Positions 36,824 through 50,907 of a stretch of DNA of 64,000 nucleotides are shown here, piece after piece (position 1 is the stretch's first letter; each line of letters starts with the position of its first letter). Below the pieces are notes generated by a model. It saw only the letters and a program-made list of their open reading frames with translations, was not told where the DNA came from and did no database searches. Made by a program: the position numbers and the translations under genes. Where the stretch lies: positions 310,001-374,000 of the forward strand of contig JASANG010003910.1 in NCBI GenBank assembly GCA_030248215.1. Reading direction: 5' to 3'. This stretch comes from Enoplolaimus lenunculus. Taxonomy: Eukaryota.

Positions 36824-39794
36824 TTGTATTTCATGGATGGTGTCATGTGTCAGGGTGCAACAGAATCGTTGATTTAGGCGATTAATATTGTTTTAAAGTG
36901 GAATTCTATCGGATTTCTCAAAGTTTATCATGGGACACGTTGTGTTGCGCAGAACGCTCAAAAACGTTTATTTAGTTTCCAGCAATATTTTGCGTTACTG
37001 CAGTAACACCTTGCAATTTGATGCACGAACGTTAATCGTATATATTAATTTTGTATAATATTTTAACGGTGCTTTGCTTGTAAACAGCCAGTTTAACAAA
37101 ATATACGTTTGTTGTGTTTGCAATAACAGTGATAAACTGCTCAAGGCACATGTTTCCAGTTTATATGAACGCTAGAATAACAATTCGCACGAGTCTGGTC
37201 TAAAAAATAAATCATGACTGGTGAGGGATGAAACCGTTATTTTGTGATTTTTGACGTGGCATAAAAAACTTTTAGTTTGGAAACACAACGAACCCTCGTG
37301 TAATTTTTCTCGAACATTACAGCCTTGTTTCCAGAATCCTGCTAAGCCTCTGAATCAAATGAGTGCTTAACTAATTATTAATAATAGTTTTTGATCCTCC
37401 AGTTACGTTTGGTGTCCACAAATATAAAATTCCATTTTCGCACATTGAACTAAATATTTTTGCACAACTTCTTAAACACGACCCCGGATCCGGACCCAAC
37501 ACGTTAGTTGCCGGGGTCGAATGAAAACCAAAAAACTATGAACAGCACAAAAAAGCTGAGAAAAAAGTATTAGAAATAATTTATTTAGAAAATTTTAATT
37601 TTTTAATAATGACCAAAAATTGACCGGGACCGAGATTTTTTTTGGCCGGTCTCGGTAGACAGGTCTCGGTTTTAACCGAGGCGACCCATCCCTGGTTGAT
37701 AGTTATCTTTACGTGTTCTAAATTGGGCCATTTAGGTACCGCGCTCGGCTCCGGCATTGGCAGAATTTTGCGTCTTTACCATTTTAAACTGGTATACCGA
37801 TCCGGTATGTTGTGTTTTATTTATTAAATTTTTGTTAGTCACGATTGCAATATATATAATTGCTTTATCTCTGTTGTGTGTATTAATTTCAGCAACGCAA
37901 GAGTGCATGCGTGATTGCGTACCAGAGTTTTTATCTTTACCGCAATTTGTTACTCTCACAATCTACGTTTGCTTTCACTTTTATAACTTTTTTGTTGGTG
38001 GAAATTTTTTAAGCAAGCCACTCTTGATGATAATTTGAGGAACAGCAGATTAAGCTACTTAAGTTCAAGAAAAAATATACTCCAAAATTCAAAACGAACA
38101 CATACATTGGCGTAGCATGGATATGGGTTTTGGGGCATTGGCGAAGCATGGATTTGGGTTTTGGGGCCGACATCGCTGAATTGTTACGGGTGTCGCTTTA
38201 CTTGTGCATTTTATGCCAGAGATGTGCGATTACAAGTAAGGAATGCGTTGGTTTGTCGACATCATCTTACTTTAAAATAGGGGCGTCTCTAGGGTTGCCT
38301 GCCCCCAAAAATCCAACTTCAGGGCCTTTTGCATTGGCAAATAAAGAATTTTGTGGTGGGTATTCGAGTTTGATCCAATCCACTCCCCCGAACTAGTGCC
38401 GATTTCAGTATTAATGGTTTCGAGATAATTTTTTTATTTATGAGTGCGGGTTGAAGTATTAGCCATATTCTCGGAGATATGTGGGCTATGATAGTGTACA
38501 ATGTCCAAAACGCAACTAGAAAATAGTGATGTGCCGACTCAAAAGTTTTGCCACTGCCGACATCGATTCATGTTTTCAAATTTTGCCTATGCCAAACCTA
38601 CGTATGCCGATACAGACATCTACCTCCATGAACATGTGCCTGGTGTCATTTCGGGGGGGTCATTTTTTAATGCGACACAGGTCTAAATGTTGAGCTGTCG
38701 GAGTGGCCACTAATGCTTTATGTGGAAGCCTTTAAAACCTTATAGTTTTATAACCTAGTCTGCATCTCTTAATAAGCCTAACTTTTACATTGAGATGCGT
38801 ACTTAACTGTTGTATAAAGTTCTCAACAATTAATCTACAAGGTAATGCACTGTGAGTATTTAGAAAGTATCATAAACCTAAAGATACATTACATTGGATG
38901 TAACTTCTTTCTCCACTCATAAGCAACCATCGCTGTATAATTGGTTAAGGCGCATAGGAAAACATATCAGTTTCCAGATGCGACGTTGGCAACTGTTTGC
39001 GCTCTTTTTGGGGTACCGTAGTATTTTGACTGCTTATTGTAATGCCGCCCGGTGTGCCTGGCACGGAAAGTATACACCACGTTTACTGTCTAACGACCCG
39101 CCTGGTTGAGGCTATTACGGACCAACTGTATGTGTATAAAATAAGTTTGTGACAATTGTTGCAATATCATTGTCAGTGCCTTTGTATCACTGTAATGTTT
39201 GCCGTTCAATGTTTTTGTGATTTATGTAAAAGTTATTATTTAGGAGCGCAGGTTTTTTACGTTATAGACTAGTATAATTAGGATGGAATTCAATTTTAAA
39301 TGCCATAGAAGTTTTTGTTAGCTAAAAGCACGGCGAAACCATGTTTGTGTGTGAAAAGTTTACTGTGGCTATCTTTTTAAAATTTTCTTGATTTGGCAAA
39401 GGGATCTGAAGTGAACACTTTATGTTGTATTAAAAGGTCGTTTCTGGCAAAATTTGGTTGTCAAAAAATAAGGATTTGTGTATTGCGAAAGTTGTTATAA
39501 ATTGATAGTTCTGCACTTGAAAGCAGTAAAGTTGGATGGAACTTCTGAGTAACTGAATGCAATTGCTTTTGTGTGCATGCGTGATCAATATTTGTGTTGC
39601 GTACGATTGCCAGTAAAATTTTAGTTCTGGTTTTGTCGAGCTGGTATGCTGCACTCAGTTCTTTAAGGTGCTAATGGGGTCGAACACTTTCACATGTAAT
39701 CAAATAAAACAGTTGATTTCATGATGAAAAATCAAAGAATGTTATATTTGCTTAAAATTTGCGAAACAAATCGAAATGGTATACACGTTTTTAT

Positions 39795-40536
39795 CAGGGT
39801 GCAACCGAGTGTCTCGTCGGGTAGAAAAATCTCTGGATACGGATTTGTGCCGGAGATTCTGGCAATTTTGGTAAGCTTTTCCAACTGGTGTTATTTGTAG
39901 TGGGATTTTCTCTGTCGATTTTATAGCATTTTCCTAAACTGGTGCTTAGTTTACATAGTTCGCATCAGGGTGTAACCGAATATCCGCTTCCGGTTAAAAT
40001 TGGTGTCCGTTTCCGTTATAGATATAACGGAAATTATGTTATTTTTGCGTTCAAAATTAGTTTATAAATCTCGTATACATCTCGCAATATTTTGTTACAG
40101 ATACGTTGCAGTTGTTCGAAACGAAATGATTACGAAATTCATCCAAAATCATAAAAACTTCAATGTATCCGAGATTTTTTCGTTGAAATTTTTGAAATAC
40201 AGGTAAATTTGTGCACGCCTCAATTGTGTTCCAAAAAATATACATCATCCAAAATAAATATTGTGGCAGCGGGAAAAATGAAAATCTGATTCTAGAAATG
40301 AAAATCTGATTCTAGAAAATAGCTAAATTTTAAAATCTAAAATTGTTTGCCTGAAATTTGCACTCAGTAATGTGTAAAGTACCATTTTATTCCACGCAGA
40401 TTCAATATCAATACCGTAAGCTTCGTTGTGAGAGGCATACAAAGGCGCGCACCGGGTTACTATTTAAACATTAACCTCCGGCTCTGGCAACACCAGGCAT
40501 GATCATTTGAAATTTTTCACATCCGGTTTCACCCTG
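39795..40536. mobile_element. hAT-like element with a second internal left end at 39966
   Basis: CAGGGTGCAACCG...CCGGTTTCACCCTG; TSD GTTTTTAT/GTTATTTT. Confidence 0.6.
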
Positions 40537-41195
40537 GTTATTTTGTGCCTTGAGTATATATGTGCTGCAATAGGTATTTCAAATTAAAAAACGTTTCCGC
40601 TTCAAAAATGCAGCCCCTTTTTTCTATCGACGGAGTTGATTTTTCGGTGATCATACTAAGTGCGAATTTGGTTCAGACAGTTGCGGTTCGACCGACTGAG
40701 CAAAAGGTTCCGAAGGACTGGTTTAAATTGATAAAGATATATAAATCAACTTTCAGTGTACTACAAGTTTATTGGATACCGGTGGCTTTGCAAACGATCT
40801 AAGTAATTTAAAATGCACTTATACCCGGATAACTATTAGGGGTCATGTCATCCTTTTCACTGATGCTATATATTTTTTTGAATTCTTTTCTCTACATCAG
40901 TTGTACCTGACAAAGATATACGCTAGAATAATTGGCAATATGGCACAGGGAATTTTACCAAATGAATTTTAGAATTTGAACGCAACTTCAAACTTTAATA
41001 AGTGCAATCAGCAAACCTATTTATCGATCAAAAACAAGCGGTATATCATGGCACTAAAGTATAAAGCAGAGAGCGTGAGCCGACAGACACATCAACCGTG
41101 ATAAAGAACAGTGAACACTCTGATGTCTGTATTGTTTACTAAACGAGAATAGTGGCTGTGTTTCTGAAATCTCACATAAAAGTATTTACTAATAT

Positions 41196-41450
41196 CACTG
41201 TAAATTCCAATGAATTGATTAATCAATTCAGCTAGCGAGTTAGTTATTTCTGAATTAAAATCAGTATACATTAACTCATTTTGAGTTGAGTTGATTATCA
41301 CTTTGAGTTGAGTTGACTCTCATTGAGTTGTTTAAGTAACACAGAATGAATTGAATCAAGTTTACAATTCTGAATTATGGTAGTCCTAAGTTAGACTGAG
41401 AGTGATTCAATTCATTCTCAGTTAAAATCAACTCATTGAAATTTACAGTG
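41196..41450. mobile_element. CACTG MITE family B
   Basis: CACTGTAAATT...AATTTACAGTG with TGAGT repeats; inverted homolog at 53743-53993. Confidence 0.8.
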
Positions 41451-41673
41451 TAGTTATGCTAAAGACTTAAGTCAACGACTGAAGTAAAAATTTTAATGTC
41501 TGAATAAAAGCGAACAATTGCAAAATGTGTTCCATTGGTATATCAAAACCTTAGTCTCGCTGTACATTGCAGAAGGATCATAAGCCTGGCAACTTCAGAT
41601 GGACCATACTAGTATTGTACTTCGTAACACATCAACTTTGCTCAGTGGCTTAAGCATTTTCTTACCTTAAGTA

Positions 41674-42330
41674 CTGTAGTTTCCCGATTAAGAGAGCGGT
41701 GATTAATACTTATTTCGCCTGTCCAGAACGTACCGTCGCTTGCTATTATGTTCCGGACCATGATTCAATTTTTCACTCCAGCTTCAGTTATTTGGACCGC
41801 ACACGTTTAAGATATTTTCCGAGCTCATTTCTTGAGGAATGCTTTCAACGCTTGAGTAGTTTAGTGATATGAATGTGGGTTAAACATTATATACTTTGAA
41901 CAATGAATTATAAATTTCTGTACTGAACCAGTCGAGGCACCACCATTGACGCAATCCCAATTGGGGTAATCGACGTTTATGGGGTCGAATTGCTAATTTT
42001 AAGACTCAATCGATTTTTACGGGATATAATACACTGCAAAAAATGGTGAGTCAAATTGACTCTCTCCGAAATAGGCTCTACGGGACTACGCAAACTGAGT
42101 CAAATTCGACTCCGCCAGAGTCAAGCATGCGACTCAGTGAATCGAATTTGACTCTGCCGGAGTCGAATTTTGACTCAGTTTGTGTAGTCCCGTAGAGCCT
42201 ATTTCGGAGAGAGTCAATTTGACTCCCCATTTTTTGCTGTGTAAAGGGAAATTAACTCTGATTGATTCATACTCAATATTGGGACCCGGACTTTTATTAT
42301 CACCCGCCATTTATTGCGGGGATTTAGTGG
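41674..42330. mobile_element. Old pogo/Tc2-like MITE hosting the 42032 CACTG element
   Basis: TA-CTGTAGTTTCCCGATTAAGAG left end; interior is a diverged reverse complement of the 23251 copy on both sides of the insert. Confidence 0.6.
42032..42241. mobile_element. Palindromic CACTG MITE family A (young copy, nested)
   Basis: Near-perfect ~210-bp palindrome flanked by TA/TA. Confidence 0.9.
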
Positions 42331-43010
42331 CTCGGAGGCGTAAGTTTTGGACATATCTTTTGATTTATTTACGCTTAGGTTTTAGGCTTAGACTTAGACT
42401 TTAGGATTAAAGTATTAATGTTCGGAGTCACGTGTAAGTTTAGTCTTAAGTTTAGGCCTTAGCAATAGATTTCCGTTTATGCTTATTTTACCTCATTATG
42501 CTTGATAAGTAGGGACCGATAAATAATCCACAGCATTAATACGTGTATGGTCGTCCTATACTTTCTGAAAAATTCGACTGTTAAACGTTAATTTTGTTGG
42601 CTCAAATCGGTAAATTCATATGTTGCGTCTAATGCTTCAGGGCCTGACCGGGGTTTTTACATTCTGCGAGCGAAACAGGTTGTATACTCTTTCATACTAC
42701 TTATTAGCTATTACATAAACAGTGTTTCTAAAATTGCGTTTTGGAGACATCAGAAGTGTGTATACCCGTTTGCAGTGGCGGATCCAAGAAATGAGGGCTA
42801 TATTCCTACCAATCCCACAGTATTTAAGTCTTGCCATGCCAATAGTTGAAAATTTCGGTGTGGATGCAACAAATTAATAAGAGCAAAAATGTGCTAATCA
42901 TGCTTTTAAACTGTAAAATTTCGGCACCCATAAAGAATTGTTTTTCAGCAGAAAATGCTAGATCCGCAACTAACTATACGTTTATAATAAATATTACTTA
43001 ACACTGTATT

Positions 43011-46000
43011 TCATTTTGTTGCAGGCGAAGTTGTTGGCCTCATTTTGCCGCCGACGCTACCTCCACCTGGAGCGGTTTTGGGAGGTGGTGGCAGCGGTTC
43101 GCCTTTTTTCAACGCGGTACTACAACGTTTGGCAGATTTGATTCGTTCTAAATGCTCGCTATGACGCTCTTTCCACGCCGTATGCGGTCGTTCAAAGTGA
43201 CCGTCGCATCGTTTGAACTCTTCTTGACGCTTGCGAACCGATTCAATGTTGATGTCAGAGTTGGTGGCGCGTTGAGCTCCAGAATCGAATGACTGTTAAA
43301 ATAAAATATATCCGTAAAGAGTGATACATTTTTTGGCCCATGTATAGAACAGGACCGGAACAGTAGTATAAGCATATTCCTAAGCCAAAGCCTAAGCCTA
43401 AGCCTAAGCCTAAGCGTATGGATGATACTATTTCTAAGCCTAAGCCTAAGCGTAAGCCTAAAACCTAAAAGCAAAAAATTAGTCTAAAGCTTAAACTGAC
43501 TCTATTGTAGCTCCTCCGGAAAACGATCCGGCCCTGTTCTATACATGAGCCCATTCCTTCAGTCGGTCCTGCAGGTTCGCTTGACTTTAGCGTTAAACTG
43601 TTGTCATTCGATGATGCAAATAACAACATTGATGCTATTAAAATCACGTTTATAACCCGTGTATTATATTGAGAGACGCTACAGCAAGTCGTATGGTGCA
43701 CCAGTGGATCACAGATGTCTAAATATGGGGCAGATGTAGACTTTTTCTTACGCTAGATAATATACTTTAATCTGACGGATTTTAGTATTTGGGTATAGGG
43801 ATACATCCCTATTTGGTATTTTGCACAAATGATGTAGTTATTCTGATTTAGGCATAACGAACAGGGTGGAACAGTATTATAAGCATATTCCTACGGCTAA
43901 GCCTAAGCCTAAGCCTAAGCCAAACAAAAAATTATTTAAGCTTAACCTATTCTAGTACCACAAAAAACGGTCCGCCCCTGATCTTTACACGGTCCGGAGT
44001 AACGAACAAAATGAAAGCGTACTGTAGCAAAACGTAGTTCTCTTTATATTTGTCAAAACTATTCACCACACACACAAAATAAATTGTCTTATATTCAAGA
44101 AATATTGGCTGAAATTTAGCAACGCAATTAGGTCTTAATACAGACTCCAGATATATATGTATTGAATTCCAGACTTTATTTCTAAATTTTTTCAAAAACA
44201 TGGGTCTAAAATTTTTGCAAACTTAAAAGTCTGAACTTTAGGAATTTGTTTCATGAATGATTAAGATAAATATTTCTGAAATATAAGACAAGTTTGTCTG
44301 CAATACAAAACAAAGCTTTCCGGGAAAACAACTACAAAATTCGAGATAAAGCTCAAAGAAATATAATAATTTTACAATTTAGGTACGAAAAACCTAAGAT
44401 CAACCCTTGAAATTTGATTATTTAAATATACGCTGCTAAGAATATGAACGGAGCAACTCTTTACATACATAAAAATTAGAAAATTAGTCTTGAATAAGAC
44501 AACTATTTCTTAAACTGAAGAAATTTATGTCTTATAAATTGCCACAGTAATTTCTTAAATAAAAGACATTTTTGTTGTAGCCATTTCAGTCATGATTCTG
44601 AGCTGTTTAAGGCTATTAATGTCTAAAATACAAGATATTGATGTCTTGAAAATTTAAGAAAGTAGGAGTCTTGAAATTTCAAGACAATATTTTGTTTCCA
44701 CTGCTTACTTAAAAATCTATGTATGGCAGGTCTATTCAACTGCGTAGCACTTAATGCCAAATCCTGATAAATCACATAAAATTTGACAAATGACAGTTGC
44801 CCAAATTGAAGTGGGTGAATGCTTTAAGGACCAAATTAAATTCTAGCTGAATATCAATGTTTTGCGAACTATATCCAGTAGGAAAAATATCTTGTTGTGT
44901 AAACCAAATTTTTTCGTTGATAGACATATATTTGACTGAGGCATGTTTATACGTCAGTTTGGGAACATTCTATGAAATGTCAAATCTTAAAATTGGACAC
45001 GAAAACTTATGGACGCTAACAGCAAATCTTGTTTTTAGCAAAATTTGAGTGTAAGCTGAACTGATTCATGTAAAGAACAAGAGCGGAACGTTTTTCTGTG
45101 GGAATAGAATATAGTAAGCTTAAATATTTGTCTATTTATTTTTGCTTTTCTTAGGCGTAGGCTTAGGCTTAGGCTAATCAGTATGCTTATTCTTACGCTT
45201 AGGCTTAGGCTTAGGCGCTGAACTTAAACTTTACCTACCGTTCTTGGCTGCATTAGCCTCACACATGCGTGTTCATGTTTTTCTAGTGAAGATTTTATAA
45301 ATTTACGCCCGCATGCTTTGCACGGATACGTCGGTTCCGGGGAGATTGTCGCTTCTGGTGGTAATTGCTTTTGTGACATTTTTCTACCGGACCGAAGCGT
45401 AGAGGCAATCGATGAAGCAAGTGATACTGAGCTAAGTGATCGCTGCAAAGATTTAGTTGAACCAATTGAATCTGTTGACCCGCGTCGCGTTGGCGGCCGC
45501 TTTAGTTGAATTTGATTGGCTGCTAGCAATTTGTTGCTTGAGATTCCCGAATCACTTGATACGCTGTTACTCCGTGATCTTTGTTTGTTCGGCTTAGGAT
45601 TGGTTATTTGGTGTTTGTTGCTTTCTGTGTCGCTCGATACTGATTGGCTGTTGCTGCGTGATCGCTGTTTCTTCGGTTTTTGATTGGTTGTTTGGTGTTT
45701 GTTGCTTTTTCGGTCACTCGGTGCTGATTGGTTATTGCTTCGTGATCGACTTCTTGTTAATTGGTTCCTTTTTGGTGGCTGTGCTACATAAGTTAGTTGA
45801 TGATGTCGCGGTTGTTGTCGATTTACTTGTCTCGCTCTTCGACTTGCAGATATTGTAGCGTTGTTAGACACTGGTTCCCCTGATTTTGTCCGTTCAGTAT
45901 TTTTTGGATGGTAATTTTCTTTTGCGTGACCAGTTGCACCACTAGATTTATCGCGATGTTTAGCGGATCGGCTTCGATGATGTTGTTGTTCTAATCCTTT

Positions 46001-46324
46001 GCCGTCAACTTTTTGCTTCCTGTCAACTTTGTTCTTTTTAACCGTAGATTTTGATTCTTGCTTTGTGTTTTCCTGTGGTAAACGTTTATCAAGTTTGCTT
46101 GGCGATGAAACTTTTCGTAATTTGGTCGAAACTTTGCTGTTAACGGTCGATGTACTTCTAACCGAAGCTGCTGATTGCGGTCTTGTGCCGGTGCTTGAAG
46201 CGCTTGCAGGACGTGCAAATGTGCTTGCGTTTGATGCAGTGCTTCGCAGAGACGGCGTTGTAGAAGGTGCTCGTTGTTGGAAGACGTGCTTCTTGTCACG
46301 ATCCGGCTGTAAGGTTTTGGACAT
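43011..46324 (-). CDS. C2HC zinc-finger protein, ZC2HC1A/B-like
   Basis: Exon 46324-45239 (basic S/K/R-rich region then YPCKACGRKFIKSSLEKHEHAC; donor GTAGGT) splices in phase 0 to exon 43292-43011 (SFDSGAQRA...WKERHSEHLERIKSAK...ALKKGEPLPPPP...TGA), matching the ZC2HC1 FDSxxQR / WxxxHxE / GxxLPPPP blocks. A possible upstream exon 49942-49915 (MRSPRVKGT) joining an acceptor at 46341 is speculative. Confidence 0.8.
43335..43551. mobile_element. TTAGGC-containing MITE, subfamily B (intron of ZC2HC1-like gene)
   Basis: TIR GGCCCATGTATAGAACAGG; TSD CATTTTTT/CATTCCTT. Further partial copies at ~43850-43995, ~45066-45217, ~46470-46552. Confidence 0.85.
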
Positions 46325-47670
46325 AAACCGAATAAACGGTTCTTATATACTATGCAAATTAATATGATTATATTGGTGAATATTTCGCAGCTAATACAAA
46401 ACAATGCACAGTAAGGAACAAACCAATTTTCTGTAGCACTGCAATACAGCAAGCGTCAGCGTAGACGAAGTAATTTTTGTCCTAAGGCTTAGGCTTAAGT
46501 ATGGGCTTATCCTTTATGCTTAGGCTTAGGCTGCGGCTTAGGCTTAGGAATAGACTCTCAAACTACTGATAGAACCTGTTCCATATATTTGCCGAATTTT
46601 TTGACCATGGTATTCCATCAGCTAAAGAATTCCGAAGTGTGGATAAAAATTTGCTAATCTTTACCTCCCTTATATACGTGGATACTATTAATATATGTGG
46701 TTCAATTAGAACAAAAAGTTCAACTTCCGAATGATTATTTTGTTGAAATGTTCTTTTGCACCAGAAATTTCTAATATTTTTCGGTACTAAAATTGATTTT
46801 TGCAAAATTGGACATTCTTTCTGGACGCAGAAGAAAAATATTCATGGATAAGACCGGTGGCAGGTGAAGTATTAAAACTGTGCGTGGGTGTAGTTGTGGG
46901 TTAACAATTCGAGCCCGAACAGGCTAAAAAATCTGTACCCATTATGGTTGAAACGGCACACTATATATTCAACTAAATGCATTGTTAATTATGCGGCGTT
47001 CTGACTAGAAGACACGTAGACCGGGGGATTTAGAAACTCAGGAACAAAAGCTTAGGCTTAGGTTAAGACTTAGGATTGAGTAGTCTTCGTCGCCAGGTTT
47101 GCATTCTTAGCATTTGCCCGACAACCAATGATTTTGTTTATCAGCGATTTCATGTTGAATATTGTTCAAAAACATCAAGTTTTGAAATTAAGACATATAT
47201 ATAGTTCAGACGCATGTGTGTAGCCAAATTAGAAACCCAATGGGGCCGTGTTCACCTCCAATGACTTTGACAATATTTTTCTCTGTTAACTAAATATATA
47301 TTAGCTTTAATAATATGCTTACACTGCTGTTACGGCCCTGTTCTATACATTGGTCCTAACGACGAGTCTTCGAAACGTAAAAACTCAAGTTTGGGCTAAG
47401 GCTCAGGTTTAGAACGAAATCATATGTATTTAAGTGATTGAAGCAGCTGTTCTCAAACCAGAATATAGACACACAGTGGCGGATCGCGAAACTTCTGCCT
47501 GACGACGCGCCATAGCGAGCGAGAAGTTAAATCCAAATTTCGCTGCAGAAAAGTAAAAATTTCTAAGATAGGAGGAGCCTTATCATTTTATCATATAGAA
47601 ATTTTTTAATAGAGGGCGCCTCACTACAGACCCGCTTGATCCCCATTGGGGGTGCAACAGCACCGGTGCT

Positions 47671-47910
47671 TAGGGGTGCAACCAGACAGGTACCTAGGGG
47701 TGCAACCAGACAGGTACCTAGGGGTGCAACCAGACAGGTACCTAGGGGTGCAACCAGACAGGTACCTAGGGGTGCAACCAGACAGGTACCTAGGGGTGCA
47801 ACCAGACAGGTACCTAGGGGCGCAATCAGACAGGTACCTAGGGGCGCAACCAGACAGGTACCTAGGGGCGCAACCAGAAAGGTACCTAGGGGTGCAACTA
47901 GACAGGTACC
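47671..47910. repeat. 24-bp minisatellite, 10 copies
   Basis: Unit TAGGGGTGCAACCAGACAGGTACC; one degenerate unit at 47647-47670. Confidence 0.95.
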
Positions 47911-48410
47911 TAGGGGGCATGTTCCTCTCCGTTGATTTTGAAAAATGATTTTCATTATAATTAAACGCTAGCTGAGATAACCTGACTAATCTTAATGGTA
48001 TATATACTCAAGTAATTTAACGCAGTCGTGAGCCAATGAGACTTCAAGCTATGCCCATACTCCGAATGCTTTGCCATATCACGAATTTATGACTAATTTG
48101 AATTGTAATTGTTCTGATAGGATTGAGTAAGCTTACAAACGACAAATTTTAAATTAACGAAATAAAACACGGTCAGTCTATACGTGTAGCAACAGCGCAA
48201 GTATTACTCATGACTTCACATTTGAAGGCTAAAAAGTTTTACTGAATATTATTGAGTAATATATACCTGTAATTTATCTTTTATAAAGTGAAGCAATTTG
48301 GACATTTTCCTGTTTAAAGCTGAGTGAAATAACGATAGAAACAAAGGTTTCGAACGACTAAAATAAATATCTGTCCTTCAATTTGACAAAAATATCGTAA
48401 AAACATTACT

Positions 48411-48810
48411 ACTGTAATGGCCCGAATAAGAGGGGGGTCCACATTTTGAGTTCCAATCAACAAGAGTCCGTAGCCCTAATAAAGAGTGCGTATTAAGCGG
48501 ATAGAGTGCCTAAACCCTAATTAAAGTCTATAAACGTCAATTATCTGTAATTGTAGCGGATAAATCACTCCAGGCCGGAATAAATTTGAGTTCGAAACTT
48601 TAAAGCATACTTAAGTTTTGGAAGTTCATTTCTAAGTATAACCTTGCATTATCGCTCAAGTTTTTGATACAAGACAAGTAAACGTTTAATTCAACGGATA
48701 GTTGCAATAACGGATATATCAGAAACAAAAATAACAGTCCGTCACCAAATAAGAGGGGCACTTTCTGTAGAGGCCAAGTATCAGTTCCCTTCTTATTCGG
48801 GTCACTACAG
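48411..48810. mobile_element. pogo/Tc2-like MITE
   Basis: TA-CTGTAATGGCCCGAATAAGAGGG...CTTATTCGGGTCACTACAG-TA. Confidence 0.8.
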
Positions 48811-50907
48811 TAGTAAGGTAAACGCTTTTCAGGCATGTGTGGCCAGCTAAACCGTTTCCGGAAGGCCACAATTTAGTAGGTGGAACATACGCCAATTTTA
48901 CCCGAGTTTAAACTTAAGAAGTATATCTCCAAAGGTTTTTGAAAATATTTTTTAAAATGTAAATAATTGCTAAAACTTTAATCACGAATCTATGTAACCA
49001 AGGTTTAGTCAGAATCTATGTGACCAAGGTTAACAAGTTTGAGTTAATACAAAAATACCAGCCTTTGAGACAAGTTTGAACTTTAAAATTAATTAATTTT
49101 CGTGTAAGTTTAATTAATTTAATATGCTATCGACGCTGTAGCCGCAGAAATGTTCTTGAATTTCAAGCGCGTTGCCATAATATTAAAATTTGAGAAGTTA
49201 GCGGAACCAGTAAATACAGTAAAGCGTTAGTCGAAAAGTTTAAACACAATTTTAAAATTGAAATGTTACATTAAGAATGTACGTTTCTGTGTTTTGAAAG
49301 AGTGATTCGATCAGTAGATTGCCAACAGCGCAACGTTATCGCGGATGTTAAACTTTATTGGAGGCAAACTTTTCGAGCTAAGCAAGCGAGAAGTAAAGAT
49401 GAAATTTTAGTTTGGAATCTTTGTGAAACAGATGCAAAACGTTTTTTGGTTCATGAATTGCGAGGGTGTTGACCCCGGAAACTCAACTTGGCTACGTGCC
49501 AGCCACCAAAAGTTACTGTCACATAATTTTCTCTGAAACAACATTGGTTAGAGTACAGTGTCCAATACGAATTGGCAAGTTTGAATAAACTTTTGAAATT
49601 ATTCAGCTTTTGTAACCACTCTCGGGAGGTGACTCTGTTTTCGCTAGCGACAAACTTGAAAGAAATACGTGTTGTAAACGGGTAAGAACGATTTTGAACA
49701 TATTTGCGGTATAAAATTCGAGAGAAGAATTTTTTCTTCAATAGAAATATTGATTTTCTTTGTAAGTCACTGAGACTGACATCGGGGCAAAGGACGACCA
49801 AAACTGCAGTATTACTCTCGGCGCTGTGAGTAGCAAGTTGCATTTGGGCTTTTCTGCAGCAAATGCTTAGCTTAAAATTGAAACACCTGAACTGACTGAC
49901 ACCAGCACATAAACCTGTTCCTTTGACACGCGGTGACCTCATAATTACCTATCAAGCAGATATCTTGTTCAGCTATTTTTTTAGCTTTTTATAACTGCAA
50001 ATTTACAATAAAACGCAAAACCACTACAAGTTTTACACGAAAAACTATTCAGACTCATTTTTCGCTTAAGCATAAATACTAAGATTATGTCAAATTTACT
50101 TTATATCCTGTGCTATTTTTAAACCAAGTATTATGTATTATCGGCTTTTTTATCAGAACAAAATGGAACAGAAACACCGGGTTACTTGTAATGCTTCTAT
50201 GCGCATAGGAACGCCTGCTAAAATATACCAATCATATTTATTGCGTAAAGGTAAAGCTTGAAGCATAAAGGCAGTAGTTAAACACATGCTCGTTTTGTTC
50301 TAGCGAAAGCATGCCTTTACTAGAGTCTGCTTTCTCGATAATCGAATGCAAGAACAACGATCTGGAAGAAAAGTTGCTAGGCAACTTATACTGGCATACA
50401 ACAACAACAACCACTACTCTTTTATACTGGTGTTTGTTCGCCGAATAAAAACGACAGTTTTTCGTTTAGACAACAGTAGATATTTTACTGAAGAGCAGAT
50501 AACGAAGGATATGCAACCTTGCCAACTATAGAGAATGCACATGAAACGGCAAAATTATGGCAATAAGTGTATAAAGATAACACAATCATGTATACAAAAA
50601 TATAACTTGTAAAAATTTAGCACAGTTCAGCTCAACGTAAAACAGTAGCAGATTGGGAAGTTTCTGACCGAAGGGACAGGGCAACATGACGAAAAGACAA
50701 ACGCAGTTTTAGTAATCCTTTGATACCAAAAATTTCTGGGACGCAGGCTGTAGCCAGAAGGGATGGCTGTGCGGCGCAGAGCGTCTAAAAAATTTTGTTC
50801 TGAGAAAAGTTTTATCCTTGTTTATAAGCGTGTTAATGCAACTGCGTAATCCTTCTAAAATCGTGTTGGTTCACCCTAATATGTTGGAGATGGCTACAGG
50901 TCTAAGT

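Noticed and set aside
38894..39660. GC-richer blocks as extra exons
   Set aside because: No recognisable motif or consistent splice phases.
45318..46452. Antisense and alternate-frame ORFs over the ZC2HC1-like exon (likewise 59249-59882)
   Set aside because: Shadows of real coding exons; no domain similarity.
47563..47955. Four overlapping repetitive ORFs (e.g. PLGTCLVA repeats)
   Set aside because: By-product of a 24-bp unit lacking stops in several frames.
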